This document shows, in pieces, positions 1-8,423 of a stretch of 64,000 bases of DNA. Within the stretch, counting starts at the first letter, position 1. The number at the start of each line of letters is the position of its first letter. The stretch lies in assembly GCA_949373235.1 (NCBI GenBank), contig CASICQ010000006.1, forward strand, positions 4,358 through 68,357, written 5' to 3'. Source of the DNA: Candidatus Poseidoniaceae archaeon (lineage in GTDB: Archaea; Thermoplasmatota; Poseidoniia; Poseidoniales; Poseidoniaceae). The notes under the pieces were generated by a model, which was not told where the DNA came from, made no database searches, and worked only from the letters and a program-made list of their open reading frames with translations. The position numbers were made by a program, and so were the translations under genes.

Positions 1-264
1 ACTCTTGCTGCTGTGGCCTCAGTCCTTTCACGAATTGTCATTGTTTTGACAAATCTGGAGGTGGTCGAAATCCCTGACACCCCCTATATCGTTTCAGAAC
101 TCATTCGAAAGTTTGCACCGTTTGTAATTTCGGGGCTTCTCTTTGTAGGCACCATAATTTACATGATCATCAACCCAGGAACGGCGATGTTAGAAAGCCC
201 AGAATCACCTTGGAATCCAGTTTTGGAGCCATCGTTTGGATCTCATTGGCCGTTCCAATTCTAA
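1..264 (+). CDS. Partial membrane protein (C-terminal part; open at window edge)
   Basis: Frame is open from base 1 to TAA at 262-264 and contains two hydrophobic segments. Confidence 0.55.
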   Translation, partial: TLAAVASVLSRIVIVLTNLEVVEIPDTPYIVSELIRKFAPFVISGLLFVGTIIYMIINPGTAMLESPESPWNPVLEPSFGSHWPFQF

Positions 265-370
265 CAACAATCCTAACGTTCTATGAAATCGAATTCATGC
301 CCTAAGATTCTACTCGGAACCATTCAACAGCAACGAGTGCAGTGGATTCTTTGACACATGAGTCCACAAA

Positions 371-520
371 TCACAGCAGACCAGCCAGCATATCCCCGAG
401 AATGAGCAAGGTAATGGGTAACAGCATGAGTTCTATCCCAACGATGAACTTTTGCCATGGTTCAAGTTCGGACCATTTTTCTTTACCATGGAATTTAGCA
501 AACACGTCAATGAGTCCCAT
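371..520 (-). CDS. Small single-TM membrane protein (49 aa, MGLIDVFAKFHGKEKWSELEPWQK...)
   Basis: ATG at 520 with TTCAAG element 29 bp upstream; C-terminal hydrophobic helix; shorter than the 98-aa ORF-track call. Confidence 0.55.
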   Translation of the reverse strand: MGLIDVFAKFHGKEKWSELEPWQKFIVGIELMLLPITLLILGDMLAGLL

Positions 521-630
521 GATGTGAGGACGGTTCCTGTTCGCTTGAACTTTATTGCTTATGGTAAGAGGTTTGATGTGACTGCTGTGCGCGAACATAA
601 CCTCAAAGTAAAGGACTGGTTTTTCGTGGT

Positions 631-1140
631 ATGGACAAAGAATACACTCGCCGATTGAGTGTAGCACATTCCGAAACCTTTGATCTCAACCGCTCAGCAT
701 TGTGGGCCATGATCAGTACCCCTGGTATTCTCGAAAAGTGCCATCCTTTTTGCCGAACAAATGCTGTTCAAACATGGAACGACAACGAACACACAGACAC
801 TCTTGTTTACCTCAATGGTCGTACGTACGTCCGTCGTTTTCAAACATGGTCCGAAGGCCGAGGTTACACCCTGCTGATCGGGGAAAAAGGGGGCGCACAA
901 TCGTATGTAGAATGGCAAATTGAGACCCAAGAAAAGGATACATGTCGATTGACCATCACCGTTTACCCGTATATTCTTGCTCGTATTCCATCCCTCCTGG
1001 CGAGGATACCCCATGCACTATGGGTGCGACCACGGCTGGAAACCTACCTCAAATCGGTGATCTTGGGCTTCCAATACTACACTAAAAACCAGAGAAATGT
1101 CCCACGAAACCACTTTGGTCGTCACCCTTGGTTTTCTTGA
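631..1140 (+). CDS. SRPBCC / polyketide cyclase-like (START-fold) protein
   Basis: LWAMISTPG..LEKCHPFC N-terminal pattern, beta-rich core and C-terminal helix typical of SRPBCC; CTCAAA at -29. Confidence 0.6.
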   Translation: MDKEYTRRLSVAHSETFDLNRSALWAMISTPGILEKCHPFCRTNAVQTWNDNEHTDTLVYLNGRTYVRRFQTWSEGRGYTLLIGEKGGAQSYVEWQIETQEKDTCRLTITVYPYILARIPSLLARIPHALWVRPRLETYLKSVILGFQYYTKNQRNVPRNHFGRHPWFS

Positions 1141-1258
1141 TTCATTCTGATCCAATCGGTTCGTTTGGTTGTTCTGGATATTTTTCCCCCCTAACTTTGA
1201 TTCGTTCATGGTCAGCAAACGGGTGAACGCTTATGATTGCATGTGGCTTGCTTGGGCC

Positions 1259-2051
1259 ATGGTAGTCGATCTGGAAAAGATGACCGTCATCGAATTGAAG
1301 TCCCTCCTAAGGGAAAAAGGCCTTCTCGTCTCCGGAAATAAGACCGCTTTGATCGAGCGCCTAACGAACCATCAACCTGAACCTTCGGTGTGGGAATCGA
1401 ATGAGGCGGACGAAGAAGGGCCCTCTGAAGGCAAGTTTAGGGAACTTAACTGTTCCAGTTGTGATGTCATTCTCCGTGTTCCAATCGATTACAATGGTAT
1501 GATTGCATGCCCGACGTGTTCAACCAAACAAGATTCACGCGGCACGAAATCTCCTTCACCATTTGGCGATAATGGCCTGACTCCTCAACAGATATCCGCA
1601 TGCATGATGATCATTGGATTGGCCATAGGCATCGCTGCTGTGTGGATGATTGTAAGCGAATGGAATTTGTTTTGGGATTGTGAATTGGATTACCTCGAAC
1701 GCTGTAGAGTCTGAGGAAAGGGGCTGCGGCCAAGGTACCTTCATGACAACAATGTTTACTTCGTGCTGCCTTCTTTTACCGATTGGATTCTTCCTGGGTA
1801 TGTTTGGCTACAACATAATGGAAAACCAAAACTCGGTTACAATGGGCGTCATGCCAACCGCCGGACCAATCGATCCTTCGGAACCCAGCACTGTTCCACA
1901 GGCACCTATTCCTCAAACTGCCGCTTTCGGAAAGGCCCTCCAGGCAACAGCAGTTGGATACGGTGTAGGGGTTGCGACAGTGGGCGCCATTATTGCAACT
2001 GGTATTGCCCTTATTGGCATACTTGTGCTGCTTTTGTTCTTCTCGTATTAG
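1259..2051 (+). CDS. SAP-domain + zinc-ribbon membrane protein, split by an apparent frameshift near 1699 (ORFs 1259-1714 and 1680-2051)
   Basis: SAP motif LEKMTVIELKSLLREKGLLVSGNKTALIERL; CSSC...CPTC ribbon; a TM helix; the downstream frame continues with further TM helices and has no convincing start of its own. Confidence 0.65.
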
Positions 2052-2146
2052 TCAGAACCTTTGACGTCACCCCGATTTGGCAGTTGAGGGTTGGCTGAAT
2101 CCCTACATTGCAACCCTCCACGGCCTCGGATTGAACAAGGGTTGCG

Positions 2147-2154
2147 TTCAAATA
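2147..2154 (+). promoter_or_regulatory. TATA-like element (TTCAAATA) of SRP RNA gene
   Basis: Begins 29 bp upstream of the inferred SRP 5' end; the same spacing recurs at many genes in the window. Confidence 0.55.
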
Positions 2155-2175
2155 CAGTCGGTTGTAGGCTCATAC

Positions 2176-2475
2176 GGGATAGGTGGGGAGCTAGACGTAC
2201 CCTGCACCACAAATCGTCTTTACGGTGGACCGAACGCCTCTGGGCGGCGAAAGCGGCCTTTTGGTTTCCATATGCGGACATTGATGTCTCGCCCCTACAT
2301 GACTCGGGTGTCGAGAACTGTTCCCGGAGGGGAACAGGGACCGAATAACTGGGGGAACAGGTCAGGCCGGGAACGGAGCAGCCCTACCTAGGGCCATGAG
2401 TGCTGTGGGGTAACGGGATGGAGGAAGTGTATGGGCTTGGCCAGAAGGAACGAGCGTCCACCTCAGGCCCTCCCA
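2176..2475 (+). ncRNA. ffs: Archaeal signal recognition particle (7S) RNA
   Basis: Helix 8 SRP54 site CAGG-CCG-GGAA-CGG-AGCAG (~2363-2381); Alu domain with helix 3/4, TGCA turn and AGACG/CGTCT loop-loop pseudoknot; long helix 5 (CCTTTTGGTT/GGCCAGAAGG, CCATATGC/GTGTATGG); ~300 nt followed by a T-run. Confidence 0.92.
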
Positions 2476-2487
2476 CTCTTCTATTTT

Positions 2488-2982
2488 TTAGATGTCAAAG
2501 ACGACGTCTGCAATCCAACCAGGGCCTTCGAAATTGGGAACTTCCTCCCACATTGACTGCGCGGTTTTGCCATGTTCAACCTTGAAAATTTGGAGTTCGT
2601 GAGTGGTCACGGCTTTGATTTCCACCTCTTGCTCAACTTCATCTGCGTTGACCCAAGAGACTGAACCATGAGCCTGTAGTTCACCGTTCTCTTCTCGCAG
2701 CAGGACGCTGCATGAGACGCACCATTGACGGTGAACTTCAGAACGATAAAGAACTTCTTCGAGCCAGTGAACCAGGAGCAACTCTTGATCGCCAGCAGTG
2801 GTCGGTAGGGCAACATTCCATTGTGCGGAATGGCGAACCAGTTCGTCGCTTTTTCCTGCGGAAGCTGATGAGATCAGTATGTGTTGCATCCCCAATGTCA
2901 CTTCGTCAAATAATCTAGAAGGGGAGCGGGCAAAGGCTCGCAGACCTATATCTGCAGTTGTGGGGCGCGGCCATGCACTCAT
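2488..2982 (-). CDS. Archease (RtcB tRNA-ligase activator)
   Basis: N-terminal TTADIG (canonical HTAD), EIKAVTTHEL and terminal VVFDI motifs. Confidence 0.88.
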   Translation of the reverse strand: MSAWPRPTTADIGLRAFARSPSRLFDEVTLGMQHILISSASAGKSDELVRHSAQWNVALPTTAGDQELLLVHWLEEVLYRSEVHRQWCVSCSVLLREENGELQAHGSVSWVNADEVEQEVEIKAVTTHELQIFKVEHGKTAQSMWEEVPNFEGPGWIADVVFDI

Positions 2983-2991
2983 GGTTTCACC

Positions 2992-4053
2992 TCAGCGCTT
3001 GGAAATTTGCAGGTTCCATGTCATTTCACCTATCCGATCGACGAGGTCTTCACGGCTTAGGGAGAACGCTTCGGTGCGCTCGGCACCTAGAATGCATTCA
3101 CACGCTGCGTTTGCAAGCAAAGCAGTGTTTTGCACAGAGAAAGATTTGGAAATAGCAACCGCAATCGCAACCGCTGCCGCATCAATCAATCCGATCATTT
3201 GCCTCAAATCATCCAAGGTACATGGAGCGTGTACTGTTTCTTCTTCTGCGGAATAGATGGTGACGCCAGCTTCACCCGACAGCACGACCAGATGCTTCCA
3301 GTTGTGCTGTTCTATGAGTTTTTGTGCAGCATCAGATCCTGTCGCACTGCCAAGCCTTCGGCGCATCAACTCAAGCCCTTGAGCCTGAAATAAAATCCAA
3401 TCCACACCATGAGTTCGGTGCAACCCCGTGAGTTTTGGGTCGGCAATGATCGGTACTTTCTTTTCTAAAGCCCGTTTAATCATCCTGTCAGCACCCGTAT
3501 CGTTGACAACACCTTGTCCGTAATCTGATAGGATGACAACTTTTGCGTCCTCCAATTCACCAATGGCTTGGTCGTAGAGGGCCACAGCCGCAACTTCGGG
3601 TACTGGGTTATCGTCTTCAATGTCCCATCGGAGCAAAAGTTGTTCTTCTTGGACAAGGCTTTCTCGCGTGGCAAGTAATCGGGTTTTGACCGTTGTAATA
3701 CGGCCTTCAACAATGGCAATTCCACCAGTCGTGACGCCTTCTTCATCGAGGGCGTCCAAAATGCTGAGACCAGCCCTGTCATCGCCAACGACGCCAAACA
3801 AGTGACTCTCCAACCCCATCGAGTTGAGACCGCGTGCTACGTGTGCGGCAGCACCAACATCTTCCTCTCGCATTGTTTCACGGAGCACAGGAACCGGTGC
3901 CCGAGAGTTGAGGTTGTTTGCATATCCATGAATGTAGCAATCCATGATGACGTCTCCAATGAGGACGACTTTTGAATTGTCTACCTGCTTCAGTTCGCGT
4001 TTTAGATTGGTCAATTGGTCGTGAACTTCAACTTCTTCATCAGACATTCCCAT
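2992..4053 (-). CDS. PfkB-family, RfaE/HldE domain-I-like sugar kinase with degenerate catalytic motifs
   Basis: GDVIMDCYIHG...RAPVPVL, TTVKTR, ILSDYGQG and ADPK match the HldE kinase domain; GAGD is replaced by GLID and NxxE is absent. Confidence 0.75.
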   Translation of the reverse strand: MGMSDEEVEVHDQLTNLKRELKQVDNSKVVLIGDVIMDCYIHGYANNLNSRAPVPVLRETMREEDVGAAAHVARGLNSMGLESHLFGVVGDDRAGLSILDALDEEGVTTGGIAIVEGRITTVKTRLLATRESLVQEEQLLLRWDIEDDNPVPEVAAVALYDQAIGELEDAKVVILSDYGQGVVNDTGADRMIKRALEKKVPIIADPKLTGLHRTHGVDWILFQAQGLELMRRRLGSATGSDAAQKLIEQHNWKHLVVLSGEAGVTIYSAEEETVHAPCTLDDLRQMIGLIDAAAVAIAVAISKSFSVQNTALLANAACECILGAERTEAFSLSREDLVDRIGEMTWNLQISKR

Positions 4054-4065
4054 GTGTATTCCTCC

Positions 4066-5028
4066 TTATTCATTGACGCCGTCGCGCAGCTCCGCCAACA
4101 GCGTCGCATGTTGTGAGTCCGATACATCAAGGGACCTTCGCAACGTTTGGAGGATCGCCTCTTCATCTGCCGTAATGATTCCATCAAGCATTGCAGTAAT
4201 CAAGGATTTTCGGTATGTTTCCACATTTTCGGAACGAAGTGGAGATGTTTTGGCTTCAGAAAGCAATTTGTCATGCATAAGACGGTCGAAGCCAAAAGCG
4301 GTTCGGAATGTTTCCAGCAAAGCGATTTCATCGTCAACGAGTTGCCCATCGATCAAGGCTTGTCGCAGCATGTCCAAGTAAATCTCTTCTGGTGGTGGTG
4401 CTTTTTGTTCGCGTCTCGCTTCATTCGAAAGCCTTCGAACTCGTTCAGGGTGCATGCCTAAAAATTCGACAACTTCCTGCAAAAGAGATTGTTCATCTTT
4501 GGTGATCTTTCCGTCTTCCCAAGCCCGTGCAAAGAGCCTGCGTACGAGGCTCTCCCCCGCCTGAGCATCGAGAGAAGCAACGCCCTCTGGATTGGAGACT
4601 GGTGAAACGACGGGTTGGGCATGAAAATTCATGGCTTCATCCAAATGTGAGAGCAGCTCAAGGGTGGGCTGACCGCCCTTTCTCATCTCAAGGAGTGTCT
4701 TCGTCGCTCCATCGGTTCGCACCTCTTGCGCTAAAATCTGGCTCCGAAGTGCCTCGGCTGTCATTCGACCAGCGGGCGATAGACCGTACACCTGTCGGCG
4801 TTGTTTGCCGCCCGGGACGTGCCGTTTTGCCTTGACGATGTCCCCCCTTTCCTCGAGGCGTTTGAGGGTTCGAGGAACGTGCTTGCGTTGAACATGAACA
4901 GCTGCGGATATACCTGCTTGAGTTACAGCAGCAGGAGCCTCCCACTCTCCTTCAGGAAGTCGATGGTCCAGCAGGTGCAAAAGCATCCGCTGTTCGGTTG
5001 TCAATGAACCGAGATACCCGTCAACCAC
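4066..5028 (-). CDS. Winged-helix DNA-binding protein with C-terminal TerB-like repeats
   Basis: TQAGISAAVHVQRKHVPRTLKRLEERG wHTH; three repeats AWEDGKITKDE / ALIDGQLVDDE / AMLDGIITADE; probable GTG start at 5028 after AGGGGAG. Confidence 0.72.
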   Translation of the reverse strand: MVDGYLGSLTTEQRMLLHLLDHRLPEGEWEAPAAVTQAGISAAVHVQRKHVPRTLKRLEERGDIVKAKRHVPGGKQRRQVYGLSPAGRMTAEALRSQILAQEVRTDGATKTLLEMRKGGQPTLELLSHLDEAMNFHAQPVVSPVSNPEGVASLDAQAGESLVRRLFARAWEDGKITKDEQSLLQEVVEFLGMHPERVRRLSNEARREQKAPPPEEIYLDMLRQALIDGQLVDDEIALLETFRTAFGFDRLMHDKLLSEAKTSPLRSENVETYRKSLITAMLDGIITADEEAILQTLRRSLDVSDSQHATLLAELRDGVNE

Positions 5029-5205
5029 TTTCGCTCCCCTGTTGCTTGTCAGCGCCCATAGCACATAGGACAATCGGTTGACCAACGAACTCAAATGAAG
5101 CGTTCGCAACGCAGGACCATGGGGCGGCACAAGAGAACCTTCACCCCACGCGTGCGCACAACGCGACCGCTTGGCACCTCATTGACACCAAATCAAGCAC
5201 CAAGC

Positions 5206-6228
5206 ATGCCTCTCCCTCCACCGTACAAGAAAAATGACGGGTGGTACATTGAAGCACCTTTAGCATCGCGTTTGCATCAAAAAAGCGCCCTCGGTCGGAC
5301 GGATTCTGACGGTGGTGTGTTCATGACTCATGAAGAAATTCTGTTCTGCCACTGGCATCGCCACCTCCCCTTACCGAGCGATGAGTGGTTTTCTGAATCC
5401 CTCAAAAACGATCCTGATTTGGTTGCTCGCTCTGTTGCGTTCGACGTGGCGAGGAGCGGCGGGGAACTTGTTGTCCCCGTTGAAAACATTACCCAAAAAC
5501 GTGGATTTACGATTGGTTCAACCACTTGGGCGCTTCGCTGGAACCGTGAACAAAATTTCACCAAAGAAGACCCGGTAGCCCATGTTCGTTGGGCCTGGAC
5601 GACCGACGATGTGGATTGGGTGGAAATGGAACAATGGACTCGAAGCGTCATCGAAAACGGAATGATCGCTGAATTATTTGTTGTCGATGAAGAACTCGAT
5701 GTCACCATGTATCGACTGAGTTTTGCTGAAATCAGCGGCAACCAAACCACGTGGTCTCAACTCGATGAATCATCTCGAACTCACCTTGCAGAATATTGGA
5801 CCACACGAATCAAACGAGGCGAGGGTTGGTACATTCCTTTGACGGGAACATGGCCATGGCCCTCTTTGGGAGTCGAACACCAATCTGGACGCCACCTGCG
5901 CTTAGAAGAAGGTGAATGGTTAGCCGAATGCCTCGAATCAAACTCAATCCCCCCGCACCTCCATCTCTATGATGATTTGATGCGACGTGGCGTGGTTTTG
6001 CGTCCTGGATTCAAGTACGGAAGTCAATGGAGGATTTATGATGCAGCGGTTGGAGAGACTCATGCTCCTTGGTTGCTTTTACCTTTGGAGCGAGCCCCTG
6101 TTACATGGAACGCAGCGTGCCTGGCGGTTCGCTTAGCAGAAGGTGTTCACAAGTCATGGATTTGTGCGCTCAGGATGAATGATGAATGGTCGTACCTGCA
6201 AGTTCAACGTTGGCTTCCAGGCCGTTGA
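5206..6228 (+). CDS. endA: tRNA-splicing endonuclease, two-unit (alpha2) type
   Basis: Catalytic unit LYDDLMRRG..LRPGFKYGSQWRIY..HAPWL..RLAEGVHK with the Y/H/K triad; N-terminal structural unit ending VVDEELDVTMY. Confidence 0.88.
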   Translation: MPLPPPYKKNDGWYIEAPLASRLHQKSALGRTDSDGGVFMTHEEILFCHWHRHLPLPSDEWFSESLKNDPDLVARSVAFDVARSGGELVVPVENITQKRGFTIGSTTWALRWNREQNFTKEDPVAHVRWAWTTDDVDWVEMEQWTRSVIENGMIAELFVVDEELDVTMYRLSFAEISGNQTTWSQLDESSRTHLAEYWTTRIKRGEGWYIPLTGTWPWPSLGVEHQSGRHLRLEEGEWLAECLESNSIPPHLHLYDDLMRRGVVLRPGFKYGSQWRIYDAAVGETHAPWLLLPLERAPVTWNAACLAVRLAEGVHKSWICALRMNDEWSYLQVQRWLPGR

Positions 6229-8346
6229 TCAGTCGAAATTATCCACTGGCCGACCCCATGGGTCCTGAATTTCTTCAAAGACCTTGGATTCAGTTTCATG
6301 GGCAACCACTGGATTTGGTTCACCATCAGGAGAGGGTTTTGGTTTCTTTTTTCGCTCGGTCATTCCAAGCAAGACCCAGACGGCAGCGACAAGACCAACA
6401 AGGCCGAGTATGCGTCCGGGTGTTCGCCATTCTTCAAGTGAAGAAGGTTCTTCAGTTTGTGCCGTGAATTCCAGTTCATACATCCAACGGTGGCCGTTTG
6501 AATCAATCAACACGAGTTCACCGCGCACTCGCATTCCATTTTCCAGAAGGTTGTTTGGTGCAATCTGAACCTCAAGTTCATCTTCCCCTGTAAGCGTAAT
6601 ACGATCTTCGATGGTTGCAACCCGTGACATTGGCCCGTCCAAATCCAGTGTGAATGATTGAGATCCAGTTCCAGTCGATTCGATTGGCAGCATGATGGTG
6701 CTTTTTTGGTTGGTTAGAAGGGTGCCTGTGACCAAGTTTTCAACCGGAATGCGGGCTAACGTTAGGACTTTTGTGGAAAGGTCCAGCGTGCCAATTCCGC
6801 ATGTGATCGTTCCTTGCAGTATCGATTCAGAATTAGCGGTCCCATTCCATCCAAATTGCAGTGAGACATCGGTGGTTCCGGGTGTCAAGTTTCTGGGTTC
6901 CAAGACGATACCTCGCCCGTCGGTCAGGGTGAGTGAATGGTTGAGGGTGCAGGGCGCTTCTGTCTGCATTGTGAACATCAACGGTTCGCTTGGTAAAAGC
7001 ACAGCACCAAAATCGGGCCCGTTTGCGCTGAAACCTGGGGTGCAATTCGCAGCAGAAAATTGGAGGGAGAGGTTTTCTTCACCGCTTACGGTTGCAGTCC
7101 AAGGCACCAAGAAGCCATCATGGTCCCGAATAAGTACGCCTTGGGCCCCAAAGGAGGTGCCATTGGTGAATAAATCACTGGCTTCACCATCGTTGGTACC
7201 TTTCCTTAAATCATCGCGCCCATCGGCTTCCAAGACAGCCAACCACGGTTGATCGGCGTCCCTGTTGAGTTCGTTCCTTTCTTCATCGCCCACACTCCTG
7301 TCTTGCATGGTGACAAGAATCCCATGGCCCGGAAGATGCGAATCAAATCCAAAATCCGTTCGATGTTCAATCCAAATGACTTGCTGTTCCTCCTCTTGAA
7401 TTCGCAACGCAAGACCACCTTCGCTCATCCCTACCATTTCCACCGTTGGTCCAACGCATGGAGCAACGCTCGAAGAGGGCCATGTCAAATCCATTGTGGA
7501 GCTACGTTGGAGGCCAATCAATTCCAGCGAAGCAGCGGTCGGCAATGCGGGCCATGCTCCACCTCCGTTCCAATTCCCACTCGCCATGATGTCCCAATTT
7601 CCGACGCCTTGCCAGTCGCTTTGCGGGTTTGCTTCATGCACTGGATAAAGGTCAAGAGCGCCCATTTGATGCATCATTTCGTGAAGAATAATACCTGTGC
7701 CGCTTGACCCAGTACGAAGGCTTGCCATCGTGTAATGGCCGACAGTATACCCTTCTGCGACTGGTATTGGGTCTTCAAACCGTGTAAAATGGCTCCAAAT
7801 TTTATTGGTTTGGCCGGGTGTTTCTTCTTGTCCTTTTGTGGTGTGCAGAATCAACAAGCGGTCGATAATGCCATCTGAATTGAGATCGAATTGGGACCAA
7901 TTGACATCGCTTGCATGATCCAACACGACTTCTTCGGCCAAGCGAACGGGTTGGAATTGACCTGATGCGTCAGTGTCCCTGTTCCCCCCAACATCAGTCC
8001 CGTACGATTCCATCGGGTTTATTGCCGTCGTCACCTTTTGATCGACAACAACATTGAGTTGACTTTGATTGCCTGAAACTTGCCCGATGTAAGCAGTTGC
8101 AACATCGTCAAGGAGGTACTGAGCTTGCTCTGGACCCCATGCTTCGCTTGCACGATCGGATTGGAAGTCAGCAAGAAGAACAAGCCAAGTTTCGTTGTTC
8201 TGCATCCCGAGAAGCGGCTGTTCTTCGGATTCAGTAGAAATTTGGTTTTCGCGGACCCAATCGTTGACAGTTTCCTCATTTGAAAACGCCCAACTGCTCG
8301 CCAAGAGAAGAGCCACCATCAAGGGGACACCAATTCTTGGGTTCAT
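6229..8346 (-). CDS. M6 family (immune inhibitor A-like) metalloprotease, membrane anchored
   Basis: Signal peptide; FDLNSDGIIDRLLILH; HEMMHQMGALDLY zinc motif; WDIMASGNW Met-turn; C-terminal TM. Confidence 0.9.
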   Translation of the reverse strand: MNPRIGVPLMVALLLASSWAFSNEETVNDWVRENQISTESEEQPLLGMQNNETWLVLLADFQSDRASEAWGPEQAQYLLDDVATAYIGQVSGNQSQLNVVVDQKVTTAINPMESYGTDVGGNRDTDASGQFQPVRLAEEVVLDHASDVNWSQFDLNSDGIIDRLLILHTTKGQEETPGQTNKIWSHFTRFEDPIPVAEGYTVGHYTMASLRTGSSGTGIILHEMMHQMGALDLYPVHEANPQSDWQGVGNWDIMASGNWNGGGAWPALPTAASLELIGLQRSSTMDLTWPSSSVAPCVGPTVEMVGMSEGGLALRIQEEEQQVIWIEHRTDFGFDSHLPGHGILVTMQDRSVGDEERNELNRDADQPWLAVLEADGRDDLRKGTNDGEASDLFTNGTSFGAQGVLIRDHDGFLVPWTATVSGEENLSLQFSAANCTPGFSANGPDFGAVLLPSEPLMFTMQTEAPCTLNHSLTLTDGRGIVLEPRNLTPGTTDVSLQFGWNGTANSESILQGTITCGIGTLDLSTKVLTLARIPVENLVTGTLLTNQKSTIMLPIESTGTGSQSFTLDLDGPMSRVATIEDRITLTGEDELEVQIAPNNLLENGMRVRGELVLIDSNGHRWMYELEFTAQTEEPSSLEEWRTPGRILGLVGLVAAVWVLLGMTERKKKPKPSPDGEPNPVVAHETESKVFEEIQDPWGRPVDNFD

Positions 8347-8423
8347 GGCTTAACCTCCCTACCATTTGGTTTGAATCCTTGTGTGCATTGACCCTCTGGA
8401 CTCGTAATTTACTTCCAAGGATC

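Noticed and set aside
2224-2462. Short SRP RNA lacking an Alu domain (GGTGGAC/GTCCACC closing stem)
   Set aside because: A canonical Alu domain with loop-loop pseudoknot is present at 2182-2231, giving a normal ~300-nt RNA.
2048-2585. Short ORFs listed over the SRP region
   Set aside because: They overlap the structured RNA and have no protein-like features.
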